DNA of 64,000 bases, from contig CAVXEH010000002.1 of the NCBI GenBank assembly GCA_963760875.1, positions 336,258 to 400,257 of the forward strand. The letters run 5' to 3'. Below are positions 9,665 to 17,510 of the stretch, one piece after another. Origin of the DNA: an uncultured Chloroflexia bacterium (GTDB lineage Bacteria > Chloroflexota > Limnocylindria > QHBO01). A model generated the notes under the pieces. The model searched no databases, was not told the DNA's origin, and saw only the letters and a program-made list of their open reading frames with translations. The first letter of the stretch is position 1. The number at the start of each line of letters is the position of its first letter. The position numbers were made by a program, and so were the translations under genes.

Positions 9665-10167
9665 CCAGTCCGGCTCGACGCCAGGAGCTCATCCGCCAGC
9701 TGCTCGCCGCTGGCCCGGTTCGCTCGCAGCGCGCCCTGCAGATCGCCCTGGGCGAGCGGGGCGTGGACGTCAACCAGGCGACCATCTCCCGCGACCTCGC
9801 CGCATTGGGCGTGGTGCGCGGGAGCAGAGGCGGGGGTCCCGCCTACCTCCTGCCCGACGACGTGGCCGAGGCGCCGGCGGCCGCGGCGGCCGCCCGCCTG
9901 CATCGCCTGCTTGCCGACCTGCCGCTCCAGATCGACAGCGCGCCACCCTTCCTGGTCCTGCGCACGACCCCGGGCGCCGCCAACGCCATCGCCTCGTCGC
10001 TGGACCTGGCTCGCCACGCCGACGTGGTCGGCACCGTGGCCGGCGATGACACGATCTTCGTCGCCTGCCGCGGGCGGACGGGCCTGGGCCGCGTCCGCGA
10101 CTACCTCACCGCCCTCAGCGCGCACGGCGCGCCGCCACCCACCACCCTTCCTGCGAGGAACCCATGA
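9661..10167 (+). CDS. argR: Arginine repressor
   Basis: N-terminal winged helix (QRALQIALGERGVDVNQATISRDL) and C-terminal arginine-binding motif GTVAGDDTIF. ATG 9661 overlaps the argB stop. Confidence 0.8.
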   Translation: MTSPARRQELIRQLLAAGPVRSQRALQIALGERGVDVNQATISRDLAALGVVRGSRGGGPAYLLPDDVAEAPAAAAAARLHRLLADLPLQIDSAPPFLVLRTTPGAANAIASSLDLARHADVVGTVAGDDTIFVACRGRTGLGRVRDYLTALSAHGAPPPTTLPARNP

Positions 10168-11465
10168 CCGAACGCGTCGTGCTTGCCTATTCCGGCGGGC
10201 TGGACACCTCCGTCGCCGTCCCCTGGCTCCGCGAATCCCACGGCTACGACGTCGTGGCCCTCACCGCCGATGTCGGCGGGGGCGCGGACCTTCCCACCAT
10301 CAGCGCCCGGGCCCTGTCCGCCGGCGCCTCGGTGGCCATCGGCGTCGACGCCCGTGCCGCCTTCGTCGAGTCCTACGTGTGGCCGGCGCTCCAGGCGGGT
10401 GCGGTCTACCAGGGCGTCTACCCGCTCGCCACCGCGCTGGCCCGTCCGCTGATCGCGCGGCTCCTGGTCGAGGCGGCGCACGAGACCGGCGCGACGCTGG
10501 TGGCCCACGGCTGCACGGGCAAGGGCAACGACCAGGTCCGCTTCGACGTCGCCATCGGCGCGCTCGATCCGGGGCTGACGGTGATCGCCCCCATGCGCAA
10601 GGGGATGGGCATGAACCGCGACGAGGAGCTGGCCTACGCGAAGGCCCGCGCCATTCCGCTCGAGGCGGGGACCGGCGCCGGCTCGCCCTACAGCATCGAC
10701 GTCAACCTGTGGGGCCGCTCCATCGAGGCCGGGGTGCTGGAGGATCCCTGGGCGGCCGCACCGCCGGACGCCTACGCATGGACGGTGGATCCCGTGGATG
10801 CGCCGCGCAACGGAGTGGAGGTCGCCATCGGCCTCGAGCACGGCGTCCCGATCACCCTCGACGGCCAGGCCCTTGACGGGGTGACGCTCATCGAGCGGCT
10901 CAACGAAGTGGGCGGCGCGAACGGGGTGGGACGCATCGACCACGTCGAGGACCGGCTGGTAGGAATCAAGAGCCGCGAGATCTACGAGGCACCGGCCGCG
11001 GTCATCCTGCACGCGGCGCACGCCGCCCTGGAGCAGATGGTCCTCTCGCGCGACCTGATCGCCTTCAAGCGCGAGGTCGGCAACCGCCTCGCAACCCTCA
11101 CCTATGACGGCGTCTGGTTCGGCGAGCTGGCGCACGCCCTGCGTGGCTTCGTGGCCAGCACCCAGGATCACGTCAACGGCACGGTCCGACTGCGGCTGGT
11201 GGCCGGGAGCGCCGCGGTGGTGGGCCGCAGCTCCCCCGACTCGCTGTATCGCCACGACCTGGCGACGTACGGCGCGGAGGATGCCTTCGACCAGGCCGCC
11301 GCGGTGGGCTTCATCGCGCTGTGGGGCCTCCCCGTCCGCACGCAGTCGGCGATCCACGGCTCCGCCATCCACAACGGATCGCTGCTCGACCAGCTGGGAG
11401 CGATTCGGCGGACGGCCACCGGCGCACCGGTGACGTCGGTCGAGCCGGTGGGCCGGGGCCGATGA
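10164..11465 (+). CDS. argG: Argininosuccinate synthase
   Basis: PP-loop AYSGGLDTS at the N-terminus; length and conserved blocks of ArgG. Confidence 0.9.
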   Translation: MTERVVLAYSGGLDTSVAVPWLRESHGYDVVALTADVGGGADLPTISARALSAGASVAIGVDARAAFVESYVWPALQAGAVYQGVYPLATALARPLIARLLVEAAHETGATLVAHGCTGKGNDQVRFDVAIGALDPGLTVIAPMRKGMGMNRDEELAYAKARAIPLEAGTGAGSPYSIDVNLWGRSIEAGVLEDPWAAAPPDAYAWTVDPVDAPRNGVEVAIGLEHGVPITLDGQALDGVTLIERLNEVGGANGVGRIDHVEDRLVGIKSREIYEAPAAVILHAAHAALEQMVLSRDLIAFKREVGNRLATLTYDGVWFGELAHALRGFVASTQDHVNGTVRLRLVAGSAAVVGRSSPDSLYRHDLATYGAEDAFDQAAAVGFIALWGLPVRTQSAIHGSAIHNGSLLDQLGAIRRTATGAPVTSVEPVGRGR

Positions 11466-13183
11466 ACGCGCAGCCGCAGGGCCTCCGCAACGGCGGCACC
11501 ATCGCCTCGTTCTCCGGCGGGGCCTCGTACGCGCGGCACGCCCGCCCGGAGGACATAGCGGCCATCTGGCGGATCATCGACGGGTACGCGCAGCAGGGCG
11601 TCCTCCTGCCTCGCTCGCACGAGGAGATCGCCGACAAGATCGGCTCATTCCACGTGGTCGTCCAGGACGCCGACGTGGTGGGTGTCGCGGCGCTCCGCGA
11701 CTTCGGCGCGGGCATCGGCGAGCTGCGCTCCCTGTCGGTCACGCCGGAGATGCACGGCTACGGCTTTGGCGAGCTGCTCATCCGCGCCGCAGTGGCCCAT
11801 GCCCGCCAGAGCGGCATCGGCGAGCTGTACGTGATCACCGCCTCGCCCGGCTACTTCGCCCGCTTCGGCTGGACGCAGCTGCCCATGGACGACGTCCCCG
11901 GGGTCCTGGACGCGGACCGCGCCCCGGACCGGCCCCGCCACCTGTGGAACACGGCCATGGTCCTGCGCCTCGCCGACGTCCCCCGCCGGATCGACGCCCC
12001 CGAGCTCGAGGCGCGCGTCCACCTGCAGGTGTACGCCCGCCAGCCGCTGACCCTGGTCTCCGGCGACGGCTGCTGGCTCACCGACGACGCGGGCAACCGC
12101 TACCTCGACATGGTCGCGGGCATCGCGGTTGCCGTCCTGGGACACGCCAGCCCCATCGTGGCCGATGCGGTCTCGCGACAGGCCCGCCGCCTGGTCCAGG
12201 TCTCGAACCTGTACTACACCATCCCCCAGCTGGAGCTCGCCGATGCCCTCGTGCGCCGCTCCGCGTTCGACCGTGCCTTCTTCGTGAACTCCGGGGCGGA
12301 GGCCAACGAGACGGCGCTCAAGCTCGCCCGGCGCCGCGGTCACGCGCGGGGCGCAAGCGAGATCGTGGCCGCCGAGGGGTCCTTCCACGGCCGGACCATG
12401 GGCGCCCTCGCGGCAACCGGGCAGCCCAGGTACCGAGAGCCGTTCGAGCCGCTCCCCGGCGGGTTCCGCCACGTGCCGTTCAACGACCCCGACGCCCTTC
12501 GGGCCGCGGTGACGGAGCGGACGGCGGCCGTGCTGCTGGAGCCGATTCAGGGCGAGAGCGGCGTGCGTCCGGCGAGCGATGCCTACCTGGTGGCGGCGCG
12601 CGAGGCATGCGACGCGTCCGGAGCCCTGCTGATCCTCGACGAGGTGCAGACCGGGATGGGCCGCACCGGATCGTTCTTCGCCTTCGAACAGACGCCGGTG
12701 GTCCCCGACGTGGTGACCCTGGCCAAGGGCCTGGGCGGAGGCGTGCCCATCGGGGCGGTGCTGGCCACCGAGGCGGCCGCGGCGTTCGAGCGCGGCGACC
12801 ACGGCACCACGCTGGGCGGGAACCCGCTGGCCTGCGCCGCGGCGCTCGCCACGCTGGGCGCCCTGGACTCGGATCACCTGCTGGACAACGCGCGGGAGCG
12901 GGGCGAGGAGCTGGCCATTGGCCTGGCGGGGTTCGTGGACGCGGGGCTCGCCACGGAGGTGCGCGGCCGCGGGCTGATGCTCGCCCTGGAGACCGCGGGA
13001 CCATGGGCGAAGGCGGCCATGGCCTTCGCCCGGGACCGCCACGGCCTGCTCGTCAACGCCACCGGGGAGAGCACCCTGCGCTTCGTGCCGCCGCTGACCA
13101 TTGACCGCGCGGAGATCCGCCAGGCGCTGGAGCGCCTGGAGCCCGCCCTGCGCGAAGCGGCGGATGCCGCGGCGGCCGCCTGA
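11462..13183 (+). CDS. argD: Fusion protein: N-terminal short-form N-acetylglutamate synthase-like GNAT (~170 aa) + acetylornithine aminotransferase (class III PLP aminotransferase)
   Basis: Single uninterrupted 574-codon frame. The N-terminal GNAT block ([25 protein letters not shown]...[35 protein letters not shown]) matches the S-NAGS pattern. The C-terminal part has PLP-lysine motif [11 protein letters not shown] and ArgD-like blocks. ATGA overlap with argG; TGATG overlap with argF. Confidence 0.75.
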   Translation: MNAQPQGLRNGGTIASFSGGASYARHARPEDIAAIWRIIDGYAQQGVLLPRSHEEIADKIGSFHVVVQDADVVGVAALRDFGAGIGELRSLSVTPEMHGYGFGELLIRAAVAHARQSGIGELYVITASPGYFARFGWTQLPMDDVPGVLDADRAPDRPRHLWNTAMVLRLADVPRRIDAPELEARVHLQVYARQPLTLVSGDGCWLTDDAGNRYLDMVAGIAVAVLGHASPIVADAVSRQARRLVQVSNLYYTIPQLELADALVRRSAFDRAFFVNSGAEANETALKLARRRGHARGASEIVAAEGSFHGRTMGALAATGQPRYREPFEPLPGGFRHVPFNDPDALRAAVTERTAAVLLEPIQGESGVRPASDAYLVAAREACDASGALLILDEVQTGMGRTGSFFAFEQTPVVPDVVTLAKGLGGGVPIGAVLATEAAAAFERGDHGTTLGGNPLACAAALATLGALDSDHLLDNARERGEELAIGLAGFVDAGLATEVRGRGLMLALETAGPWAKAAMAFARDRHGLLVNATGESTLRFVPPLTIDRAEIRQALERLEPALREAADAAAAA

Positions 13184-14166
13184 TGGCCGTGCCAATCCCC
13201 GCCGTAAACGCCAGGTCGCCGCAGCCGGGGGCTGCACGGACGGCGGCGATGCACTTCCTATCCGGGGCCGATGCCGCGGCCCTGGGCCTGGAGCGCCTGC
13301 TCCTCCGCGCAGAGTGGCTGCACCGCGACCGGCGACTGCACCGGGTGGCGGATCCGCTCATCGGTCGTCACGTGGCGCTCCTCTTCGAGAAGCCCAGCCT
13401 GCGCACGAAGATGAGCTTCGAGGTGGGGGTCGCCGCCCTGGGCGGCCGGGTCACCTACCTGGGGCCGACCGAGGTGGGCATCGGCACGCGGGAATCCGCC
13501 GCCGATGTCGGCCGCAACCTGTCGCGATGGGTCGACGCGGTGGTGGTGCGCACCTTCGCCCACGCCGCGCTGGTCGAGCTCGCCGAGGCGTCCTCGGTCC
13601 CGGTGGTGAACGCACTCACAGACCGCGAGCATCCCTGCCAGGCGCTGGCCGACGTGCTCACCCTGCGCCAGCACCTGGGCTCGCTCCGGGGCCGTCGTCT
13701 CGCGTTCGTGGGCGACGGGAACAACGTCCTCCACTCGCTGCTGCTCATCGGGGCGCTGGCGGGCCTGGAGATCCGGGTGGCGACGCCACCCGGATACGAA
13801 CCGGATGCCGCCATCGTGGAGCAGGCCCGCGCGTATGGGCAGCGAAACGGCGGAACCGTCGCCATCGGCTCCGATCCGGGCGCAGCGGTGGCCGGGGTGG
13901 ACGCGGTATACACCGACGTGTGGACCTCCATGGGAGCCGAGGCCGAGGCCGACGAGCGTCGAGCCCGCTTCGGGCCGTACCAGGTCAACGCCGCGCTGCT
14001 GGCGCATGCACCCGGCGCGCTGGTGATGCACTGCCTCCCGGCGCATCGCGGCGAGGAGATCACCTCCGATGTGCTGGACGGTCCGCACTCGGTCGTGCTG
14101 GACCAGGCGGAGAACCGGCTCTACGTGCAGCAGGCCGTGCTCCTGGAGCTCCTGCCAACCCGGTAG
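13183..14166 (+). CDS. argF: Ornithine carbamoyltransferase
   Basis: Carbamoyl-phosphate motif SLRTK (STRTR-like); HPCQ; DVWTSMG; HCLP. An alternative start is at MHFLSG (13249). Confidence 0.85.
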   Translation: MAVPIPAVNARSPQPGAARTAAMHFLSGADAAALGLERLLLRAEWLHRDRRLHRVADPLIGRHVALLFEKPSLRTKMSFEVGVAALGGRVTYLGPTEVGIGTRESAADVGRNLSRWVDAVVVRTFAHAALVELAEASSVPVVNALTDREHPCQALADVLTLRQHLGSLRGRRLAFVGDGNNVLHSLLLIGALAGLEIRVATPPGYEPDAAIVEQARAYGQRNGGTVAIGSDPGAAVAGVDAVYTDVWTSMGAEAEADERRARFGPYQVNAALLAHAPGALVMHCLPAHRGEEITSDVLDGPHSVVLDQAENRLYVQQAVLLELLPTR

Positions 14167-14348
14167 GCCCGGGCTGGCGCCACGCGTGTGGGCGGGCGCG
14201 GACCGGATTGCGACCCGCCGCCGCCCTTGACCTGTCACGTGCGGACCACAGCAGCGCAAGGCGACTGGGGCGGCTCTTCTCGTCATGCTCGAGCTGTGGG
14301 CTGAGCACGGAATCCCTGTCCAGACAGCGGCCGGCGGCCCGTGGACTC

Positions 14349-14446
14349 GCCTAACGCTACGGGTATGCGCAACTGACGAGTCGGGGATGTCCGGGGACCC
14401 GCCACGGCGAGTAACGCGCCCTGCATGCGCATCTGACGAGTCGGCA
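14349..14446. repeat. Two ~35-bp imperfect direct repeats in the 460-bp argF-REC intergenic region
   Basis: TAACGCTACGGGTATGCGCAACTGACGAGTCGG (14349-14386) and TAACGCGCCCTGCATGCGCATCTGACGAGTCGG (14408-14446). The second contains the perfect palindrome CATGCGCATG. Confidence 0.6.
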
Positions 14447-14628
14447 CGAGTGGGGAGCCGCTGGCGGAGCGCACCCGGGCCTCGACCACCCGTGAAACAG
14501 GCCCCTCAGCCTGTTCGGGTGTGACCTGTGTCACTGGCCGAGGCGTCCGGAAACGCTTCAGCCTGAGGCATTGATGCGCTGATGCCGCGCGGCGTCCCCG
14601 CGACGACGTCTCAAGGAGGCACGAGACC

Positions 14629-15027
14629 ATGACCCGCGTCCTGATCGTGAACCGCGACCGTTCAGTCGCGGACCGGATCGCCACCGAGCTTCGCGCCAGC
14701 GGCTACCAGACCGAGCAGTGCGGCGGCCCGCAGCAGGAGCCCTGCCCCGTGGTGGGCGAGCTTCCCTGTCCGCTCGTCGACCGCGCCGACGTTCTCGTCT
14801 ACGACGCCCACGTGGCCGGAGACGCCGACGGCAGCCATCGCCTGGTGAGCCACCTGCGCGACGTATACGCGGATCTTCCGCTGGTGCTCACCGGGACCGA
14901 CAGCACGCTCCGCTGGGTGGAGCGCGGCGGCCCGGAGCGCGTCTTCCCGCTGGGACCCGATCCCGAGCCTGCCGAGCTGCGCGCGACCATCGAGATCGCG
15001 CTCTCCGAGCAGGGAATGGCCGTGTGA
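14629..15027 (+). CDS. Stand-alone receiver (REC)-like domain protein, degenerate (no output domain)
   Basis: Strong SD AAGGAGG 9 nt upstream of ATG. CheY-like layout: VLIVNRD (beta1, DD replaced by NRD), VLVYDAHV (beta3 Asp), LVLTGTD (beta4 Thr), RVFPLGP (beta5 without Lys). 132 aa. Confidence 0.5.
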   Translation: MTRVLIVNRDRSVADRIATELRASGYQTEQCGGPQQEPCPVVGELPCPLVDRADVLVYDAHVAGDADGSHRLVSHLRDVYADLPLVLTGTDSTLRWVERGGPERVFPLGPDPEPAELRATIEIALSEQGMAV

Positions 15028-15059
15028 CGAGGCGCCACCCGGCGCCCGGAGGCACGCGG

Positions 15060-16163
15060 ATGCGCGAGTACCTCGACGGTAACGCCGCCATCGTGCGGGG
15101 TGCCCTGGCCGCAGGCTGCTCCTTCTTTGCCGGCTATCCCATCACGCCCGCCTCGGGGATCCTGATGGCGATGATGGCCGAGCTCCCGCGGCGAGGCGGG
15201 ATCGCCATCCAGGGCGAGGACGAGATCGCGTCCATTGGCATGTGCCTGGGGGCGGCCATGACCGGTGCGCGGGCCATGACCGCGACGAGCGGGCCGGGGA
15301 TGAGCCTCTACAGCGAGAGCATCGGCCTGGCCATCATGGGCGAGGTGCCGATCGTCATCGTGGACGTCCAGCGCCTGGGCCCGGCGACGGGAGGGGCAAC
15401 CACCGTGGGGCAGGGTGACGTCCAGTTCGTCCGGTGGGGAACGTCCGGCGGCTACCCCATCATCGCCCTGGCGCCAGCCAGCGTGGCGGAGTGCTACATC
15501 CTCACGGCGAAGGCCTTCGACCTGGCGGAGCGCTTCCGCTGCCCGGTCTTCGTCCTGGCCGACAAGGAGATCGCAACCACGCTCGCCACGGTGGACGCGG
15601 ACGCCTTTGCGCCGATGGCGGTCCGTCCACGGGAGCTGGCGACGACCGGCGCTCCGTATCGCTATGCGCCGCCCGGCGAGGTCGCGCCCCTCCATCGCTA
15701 TGGGCTGGGCGACACGATCCGCTTCACCGGCTCCACCCATGACGAAGGGGCGGTCATCACCAAGCACCCGCCCACGGTGGCGGCGCTCAACCATCACCTG
15801 GCCGCAAAGATCGAAGAGCACCTCGACGAGCTGGAGCTGGTCACCGCCGACCTGCAGCCGGGCGCCCGAACGCTCGTCGTCTCCTACGGCGTGACGGCCG
15901 GGGCGGCACGCCTGGCCGTGGCGCAGGCGCGAGCAGCGGGGCGTGCGGTCTCGCACCTGGTGATCGCGAGCCTCTGGCCGGTGCCGGAGGCCGCCATCGG
16001 CGCAGCGCTGGGTGGCGTGGAGCGCGTGGTCGTGCCGGAGCTCAACCTTGGCCAGTACCGCCGGGAGATCGAGCGCCTGGCGGGAGCGCGGACGGTGGTG
16101 GGGATCAACCGGGTCGACGGCGAGCTCATCGGCGCGGAGCAGATCGCGGAGGCGATCGCATGA
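15060..16163 (+). CDS. 2-oxoacid:ferredoxin oxidoreductase, alpha subunit
   Basis: GGAGG SD upstream of the ATG. N-terminal YPITPASGI...GEDEIASIGMCLGAAMTGARAMTATSGPGMSL is typical of KorA/PorA-type alpha subunits. Confidence 0.8.
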   Translation: MREYLDGNAAIVRGALAAGCSFFAGYPITPASGILMAMMAELPRRGGIAIQGEDEIASIGMCLGAAMTGARAMTATSGPGMSLYSESIGLAIMGEVPIVIVDVQRLGPATGGATTVGQGDVQFVRWGTSGGYPIIALAPASVAECYILTAKAFDLAERFRCPVFVLADKEIATTLATVDADAFAPMAVRPRELATTGAPYRYAPPGEVAPLHRYGLGDTIRFTGSTHDEGAVITKHPPTVAALNHHLAAKIEEHLDELELVTADLQPGARTLVVSYGVTAGAARLAVAQARAAGRAVSHLVIASLWPVPEAAIGAALGGVERVVVPELNLGQYRREIERLAGARTVVGINRVDGELIGAEQIAEAIA

Positions 16164-17503
16164 CCGTCGCCGCACCGATCACCGCCATCACCCCGCTGGA
16201 GACCTTCCGCAACGACAAGCCCTACCCGTTCTGCCCGGGCTGTGGCCACGGCACCGTGCTGGACCACCTGGACGAGGCGCTGGTGCGGCTGGGCCGCGAC
16301 CCGCGAAGGGTCGTGATCGTCAGCGACATCGGCTGCTCGGGGCTGTCCGACCAGTACTTCGCCACGAGCGCATTCCATGGCCTGCACGGGCGGAGCATCA
16401 CCTACGCCTCGGGGATCAAGCTGGCCGATCCCTCCCTGGAGGTGATCGTGGTCATGGGCGACGGCGGCACCGGCATCGGCGGGACGCACCTGCTCAACGC
16501 CGCGCGCCGCAACGTGGGCATCACCGTCATCGTCATGAACAACCTGAACTTCGGGATGACCGGGGGCCAGCACTCGACCACCACCCCGGCCGGCGCGGTG
16601 ACCTCCACGACGCCGGGTGGCAACCTGGAGCACCCGCTGGACATCTGCGCCACGGTGGGGGTCAACGGTGCCGCGTACGTCTACCGCGGGACGCAGTGGG
16701 ACGCGGAGCTCACCGACCGGATGGTGGAGGCCATCGAGCAACCGGGCTTCGCGCTCCTGGACGTCTGGGAGCTGTGCACCGCCTACTACGTGAAGGCCAA
16801 TCACTTCAGTCGCAAGGCCATGGAGTCCCTCATGGCGGAGCTGGGGATGACGCCGGGAGTCCTGTACCGGCGCGAGGTGGCCGAGTACGCGGTGGCCTAC
16901 CGGGCCGCGCATGCGCCCGAGCAGACCGATGGCACCGCGTCGCCGGGCCGCGGGATCCCCGTGGGCCAGGGCGCCGTCCCCGACCGTCCGGTCTCCATCC
17001 TGGTGGCGGGCTCCGCCGGTGGGAAGGTCCGCAGCGCCGCTCGCCTGGTGGGCGAGGCGGCCATTCGCTGCGGTTTGTGGGCCGTCCAGCGGGACGACTA
17101 CCCGGTGACCGTCCAGACCGGGCATTCCCTGGCCCAGCTGGTCCTGTCCCCGGACGAGCAGCCGCTGGTCGCGGTGCCGGCACCTGACGTGCTCGTCCTG
17201 CTCACCTCCGACGGGCTGCGCAAGGCCCAGCCATCCCTGTCCGCCATGGGCGCCGATGGTTTCGTCATCACCGTCCCGGAGCTGGCCGGGGTGCAGACGG
17301 CCGCGCAGGTCGTGGTCGTGGATCCGGCTGGGGCGCCGTCCCGGATCGGCAAGGCCGAGCTGGCGCTGGTCCTCCTGTCGGCGGCGATCGCACGGCTGGG
17401 GCTCCTGCCCCTCGAGGCCCTCCGCGCGGCGACGGGGAGCGGCCCGTACGCCGAGGCGAACCTGGCGGCCATCGACGCCGGGGTCGCGCTGGCGGACCTC
17501 TAG
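16160..17503 (+). CDS. 2-oxoacid:ferredoxin oxidoreductase, beta subunit (TPP-binding) fused to a gamma-like domain
   Basis: TPP motif GDGGTGIGG...NNLNFGMTGGQ in the first ~280 aa. The C-terminal ~160 aa (ILVAGSAGGKVRSAARLVGEAAIRCGLWAVQRDDYPVTVQTGHS) resembles the POR gamma-subunit fold. Start overlaps the alpha-subunit stop. Confidence 0.75.
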   Translation: MTVAAPITAITPLETFRNDKPYPFCPGCGHGTVLDHLDEALVRLGRDPRRVVIVSDIGCSGLSDQYFATSAFHGLHGRSITYASGIKLADPSLEVIVVMGDGGTGIGGTHLLNAARRNVGITVIVMNNLNFGMTGGQHSTTTPAGAVTSTTPGGNLEHPLDICATVGVNGAAYVYRGTQWDAELTDRMVEAIEQPGFALLDVWELCTAYYVKANHFSRKAMESLMAELGMTPGVLYRREVAEYAVAYRAAHAPEQTDGTASPGRGIPVGQGAVPDRPVSILVAGSAGGKVRSAARLVGEAAIRCGLWAVQRDDYPVTVQTGHSLAQLVLSPDEQPLVAVPAPDVLVLLTSDGLRKAQPSLSAMGADGFVITVPELAGVQTAAQVVVVDPAGAPSRIGKAELALVLLSAAIARLGLLPLEALRAATGSGPYAEANLAAIDAGVALADL

Positions 17504-17510
17504 GGTCGCC

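Noticed and set aside
14371-14440. Hammerhead-ribozyme-like core CUGACGAG occurring twice in the argF-REC intergenic repeats
   Set aside because: CUGANGA is present, but no downstream GAAA or complementary stem II/III can be formed. GUCGGGG and CCGGGGA are direct repeats, not inverted. So a hammerhead fold is not supported.
14283-14684. ORFs in the 14.2-14.6 kb intergenic region (14285-14524 plus strand; 14283-14684 minus strand)
   Set aside because: Their amino-acid repeats simply mirror the nucleotide direct repeats. There is no SD and no protein-like composition, so they were treated as non-coding.
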